DNA from: Azolla caroliniana
Taxonomy: Eukaryota; Plantae; Polypodiophyta
Length of the DNA: 64,000 nt
Direction: 5' to 3'
Assembly (NCBI GenBank): GCA_043228905.1
Contig: JBHGNT010000007.1
Coordinates: 3,286,001-3,350,000 of the forward strand
A program made the translations under genes and the position numbers. The notes beneath the pieces were generated by a model. It saw only the letters and a list, made by a program, of their open reading frames with translations. It made no database searches and had not been told where the DNA came from. This document shows, in pieces, positions 23,888 through 36,405 of the stretch (positions are counted from its first letter, which is position 1; each line of letters begins with the position of its first letter).

Positions 23888-26800
23888 TCACGACATCCGC
23901 CCCCACCTAACCGCGCATCCACCGGTATGCGCTAAAATTGGTTTCTGGTTGGAGAAAACCGGTCTGGGTTCCGTTTCTTCGTCCATCGGTTCGCCCTCCG
24001 TTTCGGACTGTTCGTCTTCGTTGTCCAGGCCTCTTAGATCCGGTTCGTCGTCGTGGCGTTTCTTGAACGCTTTGACCCGCTTCCCTGCTACCGGCATCGC
24101 CATCCTCGTACCGTTGAGTTCCTCCAGGTGATACGTCCCGTTGTCGTTGGTGCTCGTTACCACGTAAGGCCCGAACCACTGCTTCACGAACTTCTGAGTT
24201 GCTCGGTGTTGGTTGTCGAGGCTGCTGTCGTAGACTAGCACCCAATCGCCTTCCTTGATTTTCTTTGGTCGGAGCCGGTGCATCCAGTCGAACCGGGCTT
24301 TGTTCTTCATCCTCGCCGCCCGAAGTCTCTCCGCCGCTCGTTCCACGTCCTCTGGCCTCCGCTCGAGCTGCCGTATACACGCCGCTAGTAGTTCTTCCCG
24401 ACTCATTTTGTCACTCCAATCTACTGTCGCCCAAGAGGAGATTGTCCGTTCCATCGGCATGATCGGCTTCTGTCCGAACATGAGCTCTAACGGCATGAAC
24501 CCGGTTACCGAACTGTGTGTTGTCCGGTCCGCCCACAAGGCGTAAGGTAACAACCGTGGCCAATTCCCGACCTGGTCTCCGCATGCCCGGACTAGCGCTT
24601 TGACGATTGGCCCGTGCCCGCGCTCTACCTTCCCGTTTGCCTCCGGATTGTACGCTGTGGTGAGCGAGAGCTTGACCCCTAACCGGTTGAACAACTCCTC
24701 GACCTCTTCGGTGTCCAACTCCCCGCGGTCAGCCACGATCTTTCCGACGCACCCGTACCGGCATATCACGTCCTCGATCAGGAACCGACACATGGCCGCG
24801 ATCGTTTTGTTCTGCAGGGCTCGGCCTTCCACCTGGTTCGTCAGGTCCTCCCGGGCCAGCACCAGATATCGCATCTGCCCTACGCCCATCGGCATCGTCA
24901 CCAAATCTACCATCCATTTGAAGTGGATGGCCGGAGGGTATGTGGGGTGAAGCTCGTCCCGATGTCGGACTATGGAGTGCACTTGACAGCTCTCACAAGT
25001 TGTCACGAACCGATGCACATCCCGGTACAGTCCCGACCACCAGTACTTCCCCTTTAGCTTCTCGAACGTGGCCCACGTCCCACGGTGCCCAGCCCAGGGG
25101 CTGTCGTGGTAGGCCTTCAGCAATTCCTCCTGTTCCTCCTTCGTCGCCACTACTTGGAGCGGGATGCCGTTCCTCTTCTTCGGGTGCTTCCACAAGTATC
25201 TGTCCCGGAGAAAGAACCGGTACACTTTCTTCCGGATCCGATTGGCCTCGTCCCTTGTCCACGATGCATCCGGCATCATTGTCCTTAAGAATCCCCCAAT
25301 CTGCAGCCACTCCCCGTCGTACTTGCTCTCGTTGAAATCGTTAAGCGCCGGAGTGCTCCCCCCCTCAGTTGTTACGTAAGCCGCCTCGAAGAAGTCTACG
25401 CCGACTTCCTCGTCCTCTGAAACCATGCCGCCCTCGTCGTTGAATCGCGCCCTCGAAAGTATGTCGGCCATGGCATTGTCTTTCCCGAAAATGTCTCGTA
25501 TTTCTGGATCCAGGGACTTGATGTACGCTATCCACCTGAGCATCGTCAGGTCCGGGGTTAAACCATGCCGAGAATCGGCAGGCAGTTCGTCTCGATAATC
25601 ACCTCTGTCCCAATCAGATAGTCTTTATCGGTCTTTACCGCCGAAACGATACCCCAGAGTTCGCGTTTAACTTGGGTGTATCCTCGTTGTCGCTCGCTGA
25701 GGACCTTCGCGCCGAACCGGATTGGGAACCGGATGTCGTCCTCGTCTTCTTGGTTGACGACCCATCCGATCCTGGTCGGACTCGTATCTACCGTTACGTA
25801 GACGGGAGTGCCTTTCTCGTAGACAGCCTTCCGGAGTGCCGGAGCCGCAACAAGAGCCTCCTTCATCTTTCGCACCGTCTCCGTATGCTCGTCTCGCCAC
25901 TCGAATTTTCGCCCCTTTTTTAGCAACCCGTATAGCGGTTCGGCAACGTGGGCGTAATGTGGGATCCATATGTGGTAGAACGCGCATGCTCCCAAGAACC
26001 TCCGTACCTCCGTGACTGAGTTACAGTCGAGCTTCATTGCGGAGATGGCTTCCACCTTTGCTGGAGACGGTTTCCGGCCATACGGTCCACATAGATGTCC
26101 GACGACCATGATCTCTTATTGCCCGAAGGCCGATTTTTCCCCGGAGAAGGTGAGCCTCGCGTCCTCTAGCCTCTGCAGCACCCTCTCGCAGTCGTCAATG
26201 TGTGTCGCCACGAATTTCCGGCATCCATCCGGTCCGATCATTTCGTCCCTTTCTTCCACCAGACATCCTTTGATTGGGATGTTGTCCAAGAATGGCATGG
26301 TGATGTCCGGGATACAATCCCTCAGCACATTGTTCATCGCATTCACCATGTGGGCCACCGAGTTTGTCCCTCCTTGCGGCAGGGTGCACATCCGCACTAG
26401 GCCAAGAGGAGTTCGCATCGTCGTAATGTCTCTGCTCTCTACGGCTAGTTGGAACTGATCGTACCCTGAGTACAGATCACTGACCGAGTAGATCGACCTT
26501 CCGGCGAAGGCCTCCGTGAACTCGTCTATTGTTGGTCCGATTCCTGCGTTCCGAATGGTCACTCTGTTGACCGGCTGTAGGTCTTGAATGAAGCGCAACG
26601 TCCCGTTGTCGAGTTGTTACGCGCGTGCGTGTGGAAGGGGCGGGACCACGGGGGTCTTGGACTAGGGAGGAGAGGAGAAAGGTTAAGACAACGAATGGAA
26701 GATTAGCTCATAGCTCAAGAGGAGAAGAGAACGAATATGACATTATGATAGAAGAAGATGAAGAAGATGGAGTCAAGATACTCAACAAAAAGTTCGATTA

Positions 26801-28161
26801 AGAAAACATAAACGCTTTACAATGGTGGCCGCCATGGCTGCACCAAACGACTATAAGAAAACCCTAAAGGAAAACCCAAGAAGAAAACCCTAACCGAACC
26901 CTAACGCTCGACCTATGTGGTATACCTTGCACACTCAAAATAGGCAACCCCCACAATGGTGCCTTCTCTCTCCTTTTATAGCACAAGGAGGGAAGACCGC
27001 TTACAAAAGTGAGACTAAAATATCCCCTTTCATTCAAAGGGGATATATGCCTTGATTTGGGGGAGGGTGAGATTGATGGCCCCTTAACTCCCACCTCCTC
27101 ACAAACAACTAGGTACCTATGTACCGCATAGTACCTCTCTCTCTCTCTCTCTCTCTCTCGCGTGGATGTGCGTACAACCACATCACCTTTATACCTTTAT
27201 TACTATTACAAATACATTATGTACGTGTGCAACGTTGCACATCGCTCTTTGGCTCTCGTTGCTCGGGTTTCCGCTTGTGGACGAAAATCTTCACGACACC
27301 GTTCTTCTTCGGTACAGTAAACCACCGGTTCGAGTACGGGGCACTCGACGGTTCGAGAATGCCCATATCGACTTTCTGTCTCAATAGCTCCATCAGCTCC
27401 GGGATGTGAACTCTCGGTACCGAAATTGGCTTGAGATTCCATGGTACATGCGGTACCGTGAATATCATCATCGGCTTCACGACTGTCGGGTCTATGCACC
27501 CGATTTCTTCCGGCGAGAACGCGAAGGCTTTCTCGTGCCTTCTGAGCATTCTCCGAAACCGGTCTTCTTCCGCCGGCAGTAGGAACCCGCCCCCACCGAT
27601 TTTGAGCTCCCGTAGCGTTCTGTCGGTGAAGGTGTATCCTATGCAGGCCAGATCACGTAAACTGGGGTCCGATGCGACCCCTTCGATTAGCAACTCGCTG
27701 CCCCCTGGTAAGGGTGCTGCGACTGGCCTTACCTTCCGGTCCACAATTTTGTACTTCGTGTTAACCCGGGCCGTCCGATCTGACTCGAGCCCTCGACTGA
27801 AGTCCGCGATGACTTCATACATCTCTTCTGAAAAAACCGGTATCGCCCGGTCCTCTTTAAGGCCCTCTCCGACCACCTCTCGCAGTATTCCGAAGGTATC
27901 GTCGAAGGAGACTGCCTCCATGGCTCTGTTGATTTCCTCGCTGGGCCCGAGAACTCCGCACGCTCGAAGTCGCTCTTCCGCCCTTGTCTTTTCTCGGCCT
28001 ACGACGCCAACTATTGTACACCCTCCGTTGTCAGAGAAACAAAACTTCCTACTTATGGTACAAGGTTTCTTCGGTTTCACTTCTATCGTACATTTGTGGG
28101 GTTTTCCCGGAGTGTCCGGACTGTCGCGGCCCCACGCCTTGGCAGCCCTCTCTAAAAATCC
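23888..28161 (-). pseudogene. pol: G4 RT-RH-IN, interrupted by E solo LTR
   Basis: ORFs 27217-28461 (GFLERAAKAW...VPKKNG), 26116-26598, 25558-26109 and 23888-25543 (IN). Confidence 0.92.
26607..27298 (-). mobile_element. Solo LTR of non-autonomous family E
   Basis: Near-identical to 57641-58324; TSD CCGT at 26603-26606 and 27299-27302; splits VPKKNG|TLRF. Confidence 0.95.
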
Positions 28162-30282
28162 TCTCGGTTCTCGCCACCGAGGGACTCGCGGTTTCGCTCG
28201 TGGTTCGGTCGCACCATCAAGAACTGGACCGAATGACGCCCCTCCTGACTTTTGACCCTCGCGTAAGCCGATCCGTTGTCCAACACCTTGGTCTCCATTC
28301 ACGCCGCCGTAATGTACGGTTCCCCTAGAATGACCGGGTGCGAGGACGTTTCCTGCACAAAGAAGTGCTGGTCTATTTCGACGTCCCCAATCTTGACTCG
28401 CACGTTTGGGCAGGCCCCGTGTAGTTCCTCGGTGGCTCGCGTTGCCGCCCGTATCTTCCACCCGTGCTTATTGTTGATCAACCATTTCCCCTTCTTGTAG
28501 AAGTCCATGGACATCAGGTTTATTTCCGAATCGTGGTCCACCAGTGCCACCACCGGTTCCTGAACATCTCCGATCTTCACCGGGGTTTCCGTGGTCGCTC
28601 GGGCCCAGTGTGGCCTCGAATAGTTGCTCTCCGCCCACTCGTTTTCCAGCGCCATGTCCTCTATGTGCGCTATCCGCACTTCCACCAGCCTTTCCGGTTC
28701 TGGCTCTGTCGACAACCTCTTCCTCTTCACCAAGTCCACGATGGAGTCGTGGAACTCCTTCTTGGCTATCCCGAGCACCTCTCGCAATGACAATTCTACC
28801 TTGTTGTCGAGGATCCATTCTTCCAGGACCTTTCGTAGGTCAGTGGTCCTTTCAATCTCCGTGCCCAACCGGTATCCGCCCTTCTTGTGGTTATCCCGGG
28901 CACTGGACTCACCGGCCTCGTTCCGTTTCGGCCCAAATCGGGTTTCGTATCTCTGTGAGGGTCCGGCCCCTTCGTTCTTACCTACCCGTTTGTCTTCAAC
29001 CAGAGCCTCGTAGTTCTGGCAAGCTGCTTCGATGAAACCCGTCTTTTCTTCGACCGGGTCACTCCACCCGGTTACCTCCTGGACCCGCTTCTCCACGTGG
29101 TCCGCCTCGTCTCTCTTCAGTCGGGCACTGGCGAGGCCTTCCAACACCGTCGGCCAGAACTCGGCTTTGCTCTCCTTCCAGGTCCCGCTGCCCCCGACCC
29201 GAATACCGGCTGACGCTGAGTAGTGGACGGTCTCCGCGTGTCGGGCTGTCGCCTCTTCCATCAGCCTTTTCATTCCTCCTCTCCCGTCGTTTCGGTTTAG
29301 GGCCCTCCGGGTATCGCTGGCGTGCACCCGACCTTCCCACAGGTACACTACCCGGCTTCTCAAATCCTCCATAAAGTCCCCGCAGTCTTTCCGGATGTGG
29401 CCGACCTCGTCGCACCACATGCACCTACTTCCTGCCGGAGGCCGTCGGTCACGAGCCTGATCGCCGCCTTCCCTCCGAGCTTGGGCGATCTGGAGATCCT
29501 TTACCGCTCGTGTCAACTCCTCCAGAGTTGTTCCCCCGGACGAGCCTCTAATTACGCCGGTCGAAGGTGAACCGGTTTCGAGCCACTCCCGAGTCTCTTC
29601 CCTTCGCACCCGCGGTATTGGTTCGAGCTTCCTTGCTGCGACAGGTCCCGCCTTGGTCGCCTCTGTATCAGCCCACTCCCACCGTTTGTCAAAACGGCCG
29701 CAGACTCTCTTTACTGCGGCCCAATCGGTCGTCCGCCCATCTTCGGTTTCCAGTAAGGAGCCAACTTGCCCCCGATCCCGTGTGTCAACCGATTTGACAA
29801 ACAGTAGGACACGACTTGTGTCCAGAACAGTCCGATCGAGCGCCGAAAGGCGCGCAAACCGTTCCTCAAACTCCCGGAGGAGTACCGACGCATTTCTTCC
29901 TTTGTTGGGGGACTCCACCCACTCCATGAAGCTCCACTTCGAAAGTCGAAGCGCGTCATCCAGCCCGTATTTCTCCAGGAGCCGTCCTTCGAACTCTTCC
30001 CAGGTCCGGCTCTCTGCCCGGACCTCGAGTACGTCCGCATGGATGCCTGGCATCGCCACTCGAGGCAATCCGGCAAGACGCCTCTCTTCCGGAATATCCC
30101 TCATCAACATCTCCGCCCGGTAGGATGCCAAATAACTCGTGGCATCCTTTCCACTAAACCGGCCGATCATACTGACGATCACCTCAATAGCCCTGTCAAG
30201 GGCGCCGGTGCCCTCGCGCGCGCGCGCTCACTATCCGGTCCACGGCCGAAGCCATGGCCTTTGCAAAATCCGACCCCCTCAT
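28152..30282 (-). pseudogene. gag: G4 Gag-protease
   Basis: 627-aa ORF 28299-30182 with CMWCDEVGHIRKDC and VDHDSE; slippery site at 28155-28161. Confidence 0.92.
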
Positions 30283-30940
30283 CTTCTTCTCCTCTACCGC
30301 CTGTTTCACGTCGGTTTCACCAAATATGTCGCGTTACTACGCGCGTGCGTGGGGAAACGAGGCGGGACCACCGGGGTCTTGAACCGAAGAGTAGGTGATA
30401 GAAGGGGAAAAGAGAAGGAGAGAGACGCCCGGTCACGTATGAGCAAAGAAACACAGGGGCGTGGCCCGTCAACACAGAAGACGCGAATGGACACAGAGAC
30501 AGGGAGACACAAGTGTTTGTATATTAACGAATAACAAGTACACAACAGAACACGCGAGCGGCTACAACCGAACAGGCCAGCGAACAGATGCCGGTACCTG
30601 TTCGTCTGCGCACGAAATGGGGATAGGATGGAGGTGCTGCCGGAAGCACACGGGCGTTCCTCGAAGTAGCGCGAGCCTCCCGAAACTTGCAGAGAAGAGC
30701 AACAGAGAACAGACAGAGGAGAAGCGTTCGGTTCCGGTCCGACAGCACTTCGTCCTCCTGAATGCCTGATGCTGTCTCCCTGCGTCTCCCTCTCCTTTAT
30801 AGCGTCAAGAAGGGAGCCGTCTCCCTCATTTACTTCCTACCTACCGAATCTAACTACCCAGGATCTCTCTCTGTACCTAATTCTCTATTATATACATTAA
30901 GAGCGCGCACACGTGAAGGGCCGGTTCATGTGCGCTATTC

Positions 30941-31430
30941 ATGCCGGTTACTGATCGAAGAAGTAGTGTGTTGGTACGGGTGCGTCGGGAGGATCGTGGT
31001 GGACCGAGGAAAGCCGGATGCGCGGGAAGCTAAGGAGCTGTTCGACCAGCTAGGCGTCAAACTCTCCCTCACTACAACATACAATCCAGAGGCGAACGGA
31101 AAGGTAGAAGGGGGGCACGAGCCTATGGTAAAGGCATTGGTGCGTGCATGCAGAGGACAGGTCGGGAATTGGCCACGACTCCTTCCTTATGCACTATGGG
31201 CGGACCGAATTACCCACAGTTTGGTGACAGGGTTCTATGACGACATAGCTGATGTACGGACAAAAGCCGATCATGCCGGTGGAACGGACGGTTTCTTTGT
31301 GTGCGGGGGTAGATTGGAAGGACGAAATGAGCCGGGAGGAGTTGCTGGCGGCGCGGATTCGGCAACTCGAGCGGACGTGATACAGGCGAAGGAAAAGCTG
31401 CGAGCGGCAAGGGAGCGGAACAAGACCCAG
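30941..31430 (+). pseudogene. pol: G3 integrase core, middle piece
   Basis: YGCVGRIVVDRG; YNPEANGKVE; LLPYALWADR. Confidence 0.88.
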
Positions 31431-31932
31431 TGTCGCATTGTTACGCGCGTGCGTGGAGAACAAGGTGGGACCACTGGGGTCTTGGACCGAGGAATAGGTG
31501 AGAAAAGGGAGAGAGAGAGAGAGGGACGTTCACACACGTATAGACAAAGAAGCGCATGGGGACGCGGCCTAACAACACAGGAGACACGAGTTGAGCAGGA
31601 GATGGAGTATAAGAACACTAGTGTATGTATTTGTATGTATGCAGACGACTCAAACGGTTACAACCGATCAGATCGGCGAGATGGATGCCGACGCCTGATC
31701 ACCCACGCACACAGGGGACCAAGATGGAGATTCTGCCGAAAGCACACGGGCGTTCCACGGAGCAGAATCAACCTCTCGAGAACCTGCGCGAAGAAAGCTA
31801 TGGAAAACGATAGAGAAGAAGAGCTCGGTCCTAGTCCGACAACACTTCCTCCCTTCTAGCGTGCGATCCCTTCTCTCCCCGTCTCCCTCTCTTTTATAGC
31901 TCAAGGAGGGAGACCATTTCACCCGTTTACAT

Positions 31933-32715
31933 TGTTGGGAACTTGACGTTCCTTATGTTTGACGCTCGGCCACAACCGAGATTCTTTACATACACAGAAA
32001 AACAGGTAATGAAACACGACACAAAAGAGGAGAAATGGTACACAGGAGGTATACGTGGAAAACCCCCTAATAGGGGAAAAACCACGGTAGCCCACAAGCT
32101 GCAAACTGTCACTATGTAGTAATATATAACAGTGAGATCACTGAGGCAACGACCTCGTGCTCTCAGATCTTCGCCACAGGCGGCGGTTACAACCGAGGCA
32201 ACGACCTCGTCTCTCTCTCTCTCTCTCTCTCTCTGTACAGTTACGCACTCTGATTTCTTCTTGCACCAACAAGAACGAATAATAACAAAAACGACAACAA
32301 CTTGTTACTAAAAGTTTGCCCTAAGTCATATTTATACTAATATGACTTTTCGGCTATTTACAAATGTAGCCTCGATGGGCTCCATCCGGCCCTCCGCAGT
32401 CGGGTACTCTCCATCCGGCTCTCCGCAGTCGGGTACTCCTCATCCGGTTCATACCGGGCCTACACCATCCGACTCTCCGCAGTCGGGTACTCCTCATCCG
32501 GTTCATACCGGGCCTACACCATCCGACTCTCCGCAGTCGGGTACTCTTCATCCGGTTCATACCGGGCCTACACCATCCGACTCTCCGCAGTCGGGTACTC
32601 CTCATCCGGTTCATACCGGGCCTACACCATCCGACTCTCCGCAGTCGGGTACTCCTCATCCGGTTCATACCATTGGTCTTCTCACTTCCCATCTGGAGGG
32701 ACCTGTCTACCAACA
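31933..32715 (-). mobile_element. Solo LTR of Copia K family
   Basis: Homologous to K1/K2 LTRs; TGTTG...CAACA; perfect 5-bp TSD TACAT. Confidence 0.93.
32385..32670. repeat. 54-bp tandem repeat (~5 units) in K LTR U3
   Basis: Unit CCGACTCTCCGCAGTCGGGTACTCCTCATCCGGTTCATACCGGGCCTACACCAT repeated. Confidence 0.95.
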
Positions 32716-32990
32716 TACATCACATTAATTCTCTGTCCTTTCGGACAGAGATACTCCTCGATTCTCCCTATAGAATATTGCTACCTAGGATTCGACTTTT
32801 GTGCCTACCTATCTACTATACAACAAGGGGCGTGCCCACGTGTAAGGGCCGGTTCACACACGCTATACACGGTTTGCGCCTGGGGACGGTTTTCTTCACA
32901 ACATCCGCCCCCACCTAACCACACATCCACCGGTATGCGCCAAAATTGGGTTCCTACTGGAGAAAACCGGTCCTTGCTTTTATTCCTCGT

Positions 32991-35900
32991 TTACCGGTTC
33001 GTCCTCCGCTCGGGCTGCTCGTCGTTGCTGTCCATGCCCTCTAGCTCTGGCTCACCATCGTGTCGTTTCTTGAACGCTTTGATCCTCTTCCCCACTACCG
33101 GTATCGCCATTCTTGTACCGTCGAGCTCCACGAGATGGTACGTCCCGTTGTCATTGGTGCCTGTTACTACGTAAGGCCCGAACCACCTCCTCGCAAACTT
33201 CTGCGTGGCCCTGTGTTGATTGTCGAGGCTGCTGTCGTAGACTAGCACCCAATCGCCTTCCTCGATCTTCCTTGGCCGGAGCCGGTGTGTTCGGTCGAAC
33301 CGGGCTTTGTTCCTTATCCTCGCTACCCGAAGTTTCTCCGCGGCGTCCTCCGGCCTCCGCTCGAGCTGTCGAATCCGTGCCGCCAACAGTTCCTCCCGGC
33401 TCATCTCATCCCTCCAGTCCACCGTGGCCCACGAGGAGATCGTTCGCTCTGTTGGCATGATTGGCTTCTGTCCGAACATAAGCTCTGCCGGCATGAACCC
33501 GGTTACCGAACTGTGCGTAGTCCGGTCCGCCCACAAGGCATAAGGTAGTAGCCGTGGCCAATTCCTGACTTGGCCTCCGCACGCCCGTACTAGCGCTTTG
33601 ACAATCGGCCCGTGTCCGCGCTCTACCTTCCCGTTCGCCTCCGGATTGTACGCGGTGGTGAGCGAAAGTTTGACTCCTAGCCGGTCGAACAGCTCTTCGG
33701 CCTCTTCTGCGTCCAACTCACCACGGTCAGCCACGATCTTCCCTACGCACCCGTATCGACATACCACGTCGTCAATCAAAAACCGGCACACGGCTGCAGT
33801 CGTCTTGTTCTGCAGGGCTCGGCCTTCAACCTGGTTCGTTAGATCCTCCCGAGCCAGCACCACATACCACATCTGTCCTACCCCCATTGGCATCATCACC
33901 AAATCCACCATCCACTTGAAGTGGACGGTCGGAGGGTAGGTCGGGTGAAGCTCGTCCCGATGTCGGATCATGGAGTGCACCTGACAGCTTTCGCAAGTCG
34001 TCACGAACCGATGCACGTCCCGGTATAGTCCCGGCCACCAGTACTTCCCCTTTAGCTTTACGAACGTGGCCCACTTTCCACGGTGTCCAGCCCAAGGACT
34101 ATCATGGTACGCCGCCAGCAAATCCTCCTGTTCCTCCTTCTTCGCCACCACTCGGAGCGGGATGTCGTTCGTCTTGTTCGGGTGCTTCCATATGTACCTG
34201 TCCCGGAGAAAGAATCGGTACGCTTTCTTCCGAATCCGGTTGGCCTCATCCTTTGTCCATGCCGCGTCCGGTGTCATTGTTTTCAGGAACCCGCCGATCT
34301 GCAGTCACTCCCCGTTGTACTTGCTCTCATCGAAATCGTTAAGCGTAAGCCACCTCGAAGAAGTCCACGCCGACTTCCTCGTCCTTCGAAACCATGCCGC
34401 CCTCGTTTTCGAACCTCGCCCTTGAAAGCATGTCGGCCATGGCATTGTCTTTCCCGGAAATGTGACGTACTTCCGGATTCAGGGACTTGATGTATGCTAT
34501 CCACCTGAGCATTGCCAGGTCCGACGTTGCGCATCCGGAAACCATGCCAAGAATTGGCAGGCAATCCGTCTCGATAATTACCTCTGTCCCGATCAGGTAG
34601 TCTTTATCGGCCTTTACCGCCGAAACAATACCCCAGAGCTCGCGTTTAACCTAGGCGTATCCTCGTTGTCGCTCACTGAGGACCTTCGCGCCAAACCGGA
34701 TTGGGAAACGCATGTTGTTCTCGTCCTCTTGGTTGACGACCCATCCGATCCCGGTCGGACTCGTGTCTACCGTTACGTAAATTGGAGTGTCCTTTCTGTA
34801 GACAACCTTTCGGAGCGCCGGAGCTGCGGCAAGTGCTTCCTTCATCTTTCGGACAGACTCCGTATGCTCGTCTCTCCACTCGAATTTTCGCCCCTTTTTC
34901 AGCAACCCGTATAACGGCTCCGCGACGTGGGCGTAATGCGGGATCCATATGTGGTAGAACGCGCATGCTCCCAAGAACCTCCGAACCTCCGTGACTGAGC
35001 TACAGTCGTGGAGATGGCTTCTACCTTAGCCGAAGATGGTTTCCGGCCGTACGACCCGTATAGGTGTCCGACAACCATGATCTCTGATTGCCCGAAGGCC
35101 GATTTTCCCCTGGAGAAGGCGAGCCTCGCGCCCTCTAACCTCTGCAGCACCTTCTCGCAGTCATCGATGTGCGTCGCCATGAATTTCCGGCACCCGTCCG
35201 GTCCGATTGTCTCGTCCTTTTCCTCCACCGGGCATCCCTTGATCGGGATGTCATCCAAGAACGGCATGGTGATGTCCGGGATGCAGTCCCTGAGCACTTT
35301 GTTCATCGCGTTCACCATGTGAGCCACTGAGTCCGTCCCTCCTTGTGGCAGGGTACACATCCGCATTAGGCCGAGAGGAGTCCGCATCGTCGTAATGTCT
35401 CTGCTCTCCACGGCTAGTTGGAACTGAGCGTACCACGAGTACAGATCACCGACAGAATAGATCGACCTTCCAGTGAAGGCCTCCGCGAACTCGTCTATGG
35501 TCGGTCCGATCCCTACATTACGGATGGTCACCTTGTTGACCGGTTGTAGGTCTTGGATGAAGAGCAACGTGTCGTTCTTCTTCGGCACCGTAAACCACCG
35601 ATTCGAATACGGGGCACTCGACGGTTCGAGGATGCCCATCTCCACCTTTTGCTTTAGGAGCTCCATCAACTTCGGGATGTGAGCTCTTGGCACCGGAATC
35701 GGCTTGAGACTCCATGGTACATGCGGTACCGTGAAGATCACCATCGGTTCGACAACTGTCGGGTCTACGCATCCGATCTCCTCCGGTGAGAATGCGAAAG
35801 CCTTCCCGTGCCTTCCGAGCATTCTCCGAAACCGGTCCTCCTCCGCCGGCAGTAGGAAGCCGCCCCCACCGACCTTGAGCTCCCGTAGCGTTATGTCGGT

Positions 35901-36405
35901 GAACCGGTGCCCTATGCTAGTCGGATTCCGTAAACTTGGGTTCGAAGCGACCCCTTTTATCCGCTCCTCGCTGCCCTCCGGCAAGGGTGTCGCGACTGGC
36001 CTCACCTTCTGGTCCACAGTCTTGTATTTCGTATCCACGCGGGCCATCCGATCCGACCCGATCCTTTCCCTGAAGTCCGCGATGACTTCGTACATTCCCA
36101 TCGATCCTACCGGAACGGTCCAGTCTTCTCTAAGGTCTTCATCGATCACCTTTCGTAGTTCGCCCAAGGTGTTGTCAAAAGAGACCGCCTCCACGGCGCC
36201 GCTGATGTCTTCGTCGGGGAAGAGGACTCCGCATCCCTTGAGCCGCTCCTCCGCTCGCTTCCTCTCCCGGCCGCTAACGCCGGTTATAGTACAACCTCCG
36301 TTGTTGGAGAACCAAAACTTCCTACCCATTTGTACATTTGTGGGGTTGTTCTCGGGAGTCCGGACTATCGCGGCCCCACGCCTTGATAGGCCTCTCTAAA
36401 AATCC
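32991..36405 (-). pseudogene. pol: G5 RT-RH-IN
   Basis: ORFs 34899-36329 (RT), 34651-34974, 34339-34545 and 32991-34277 (IN). Confidence 0.92.

Larger units (their letters stand above)
23251..30940 (-). mobile_element. Ty3/Gypsy element G4 (LTR class gamma: 23251-23895 and 30327-30940), both outer ends trimmed
   Basis: LTR pair; PBS 30305-30322; PPT 23896-23914; gag-PR 28152-30282; pol 23888-28161. No 4-bp TSD; flanked by a ~90-bp host duplication instead. Confidence 0.92.

Noticed and set aside
32385-32670. 54-bp palindromic repeats as a CRISPR array
   Set aside because: Head-to-tail units with no unique spacers, inside a Copia LTR, and no cas genes.
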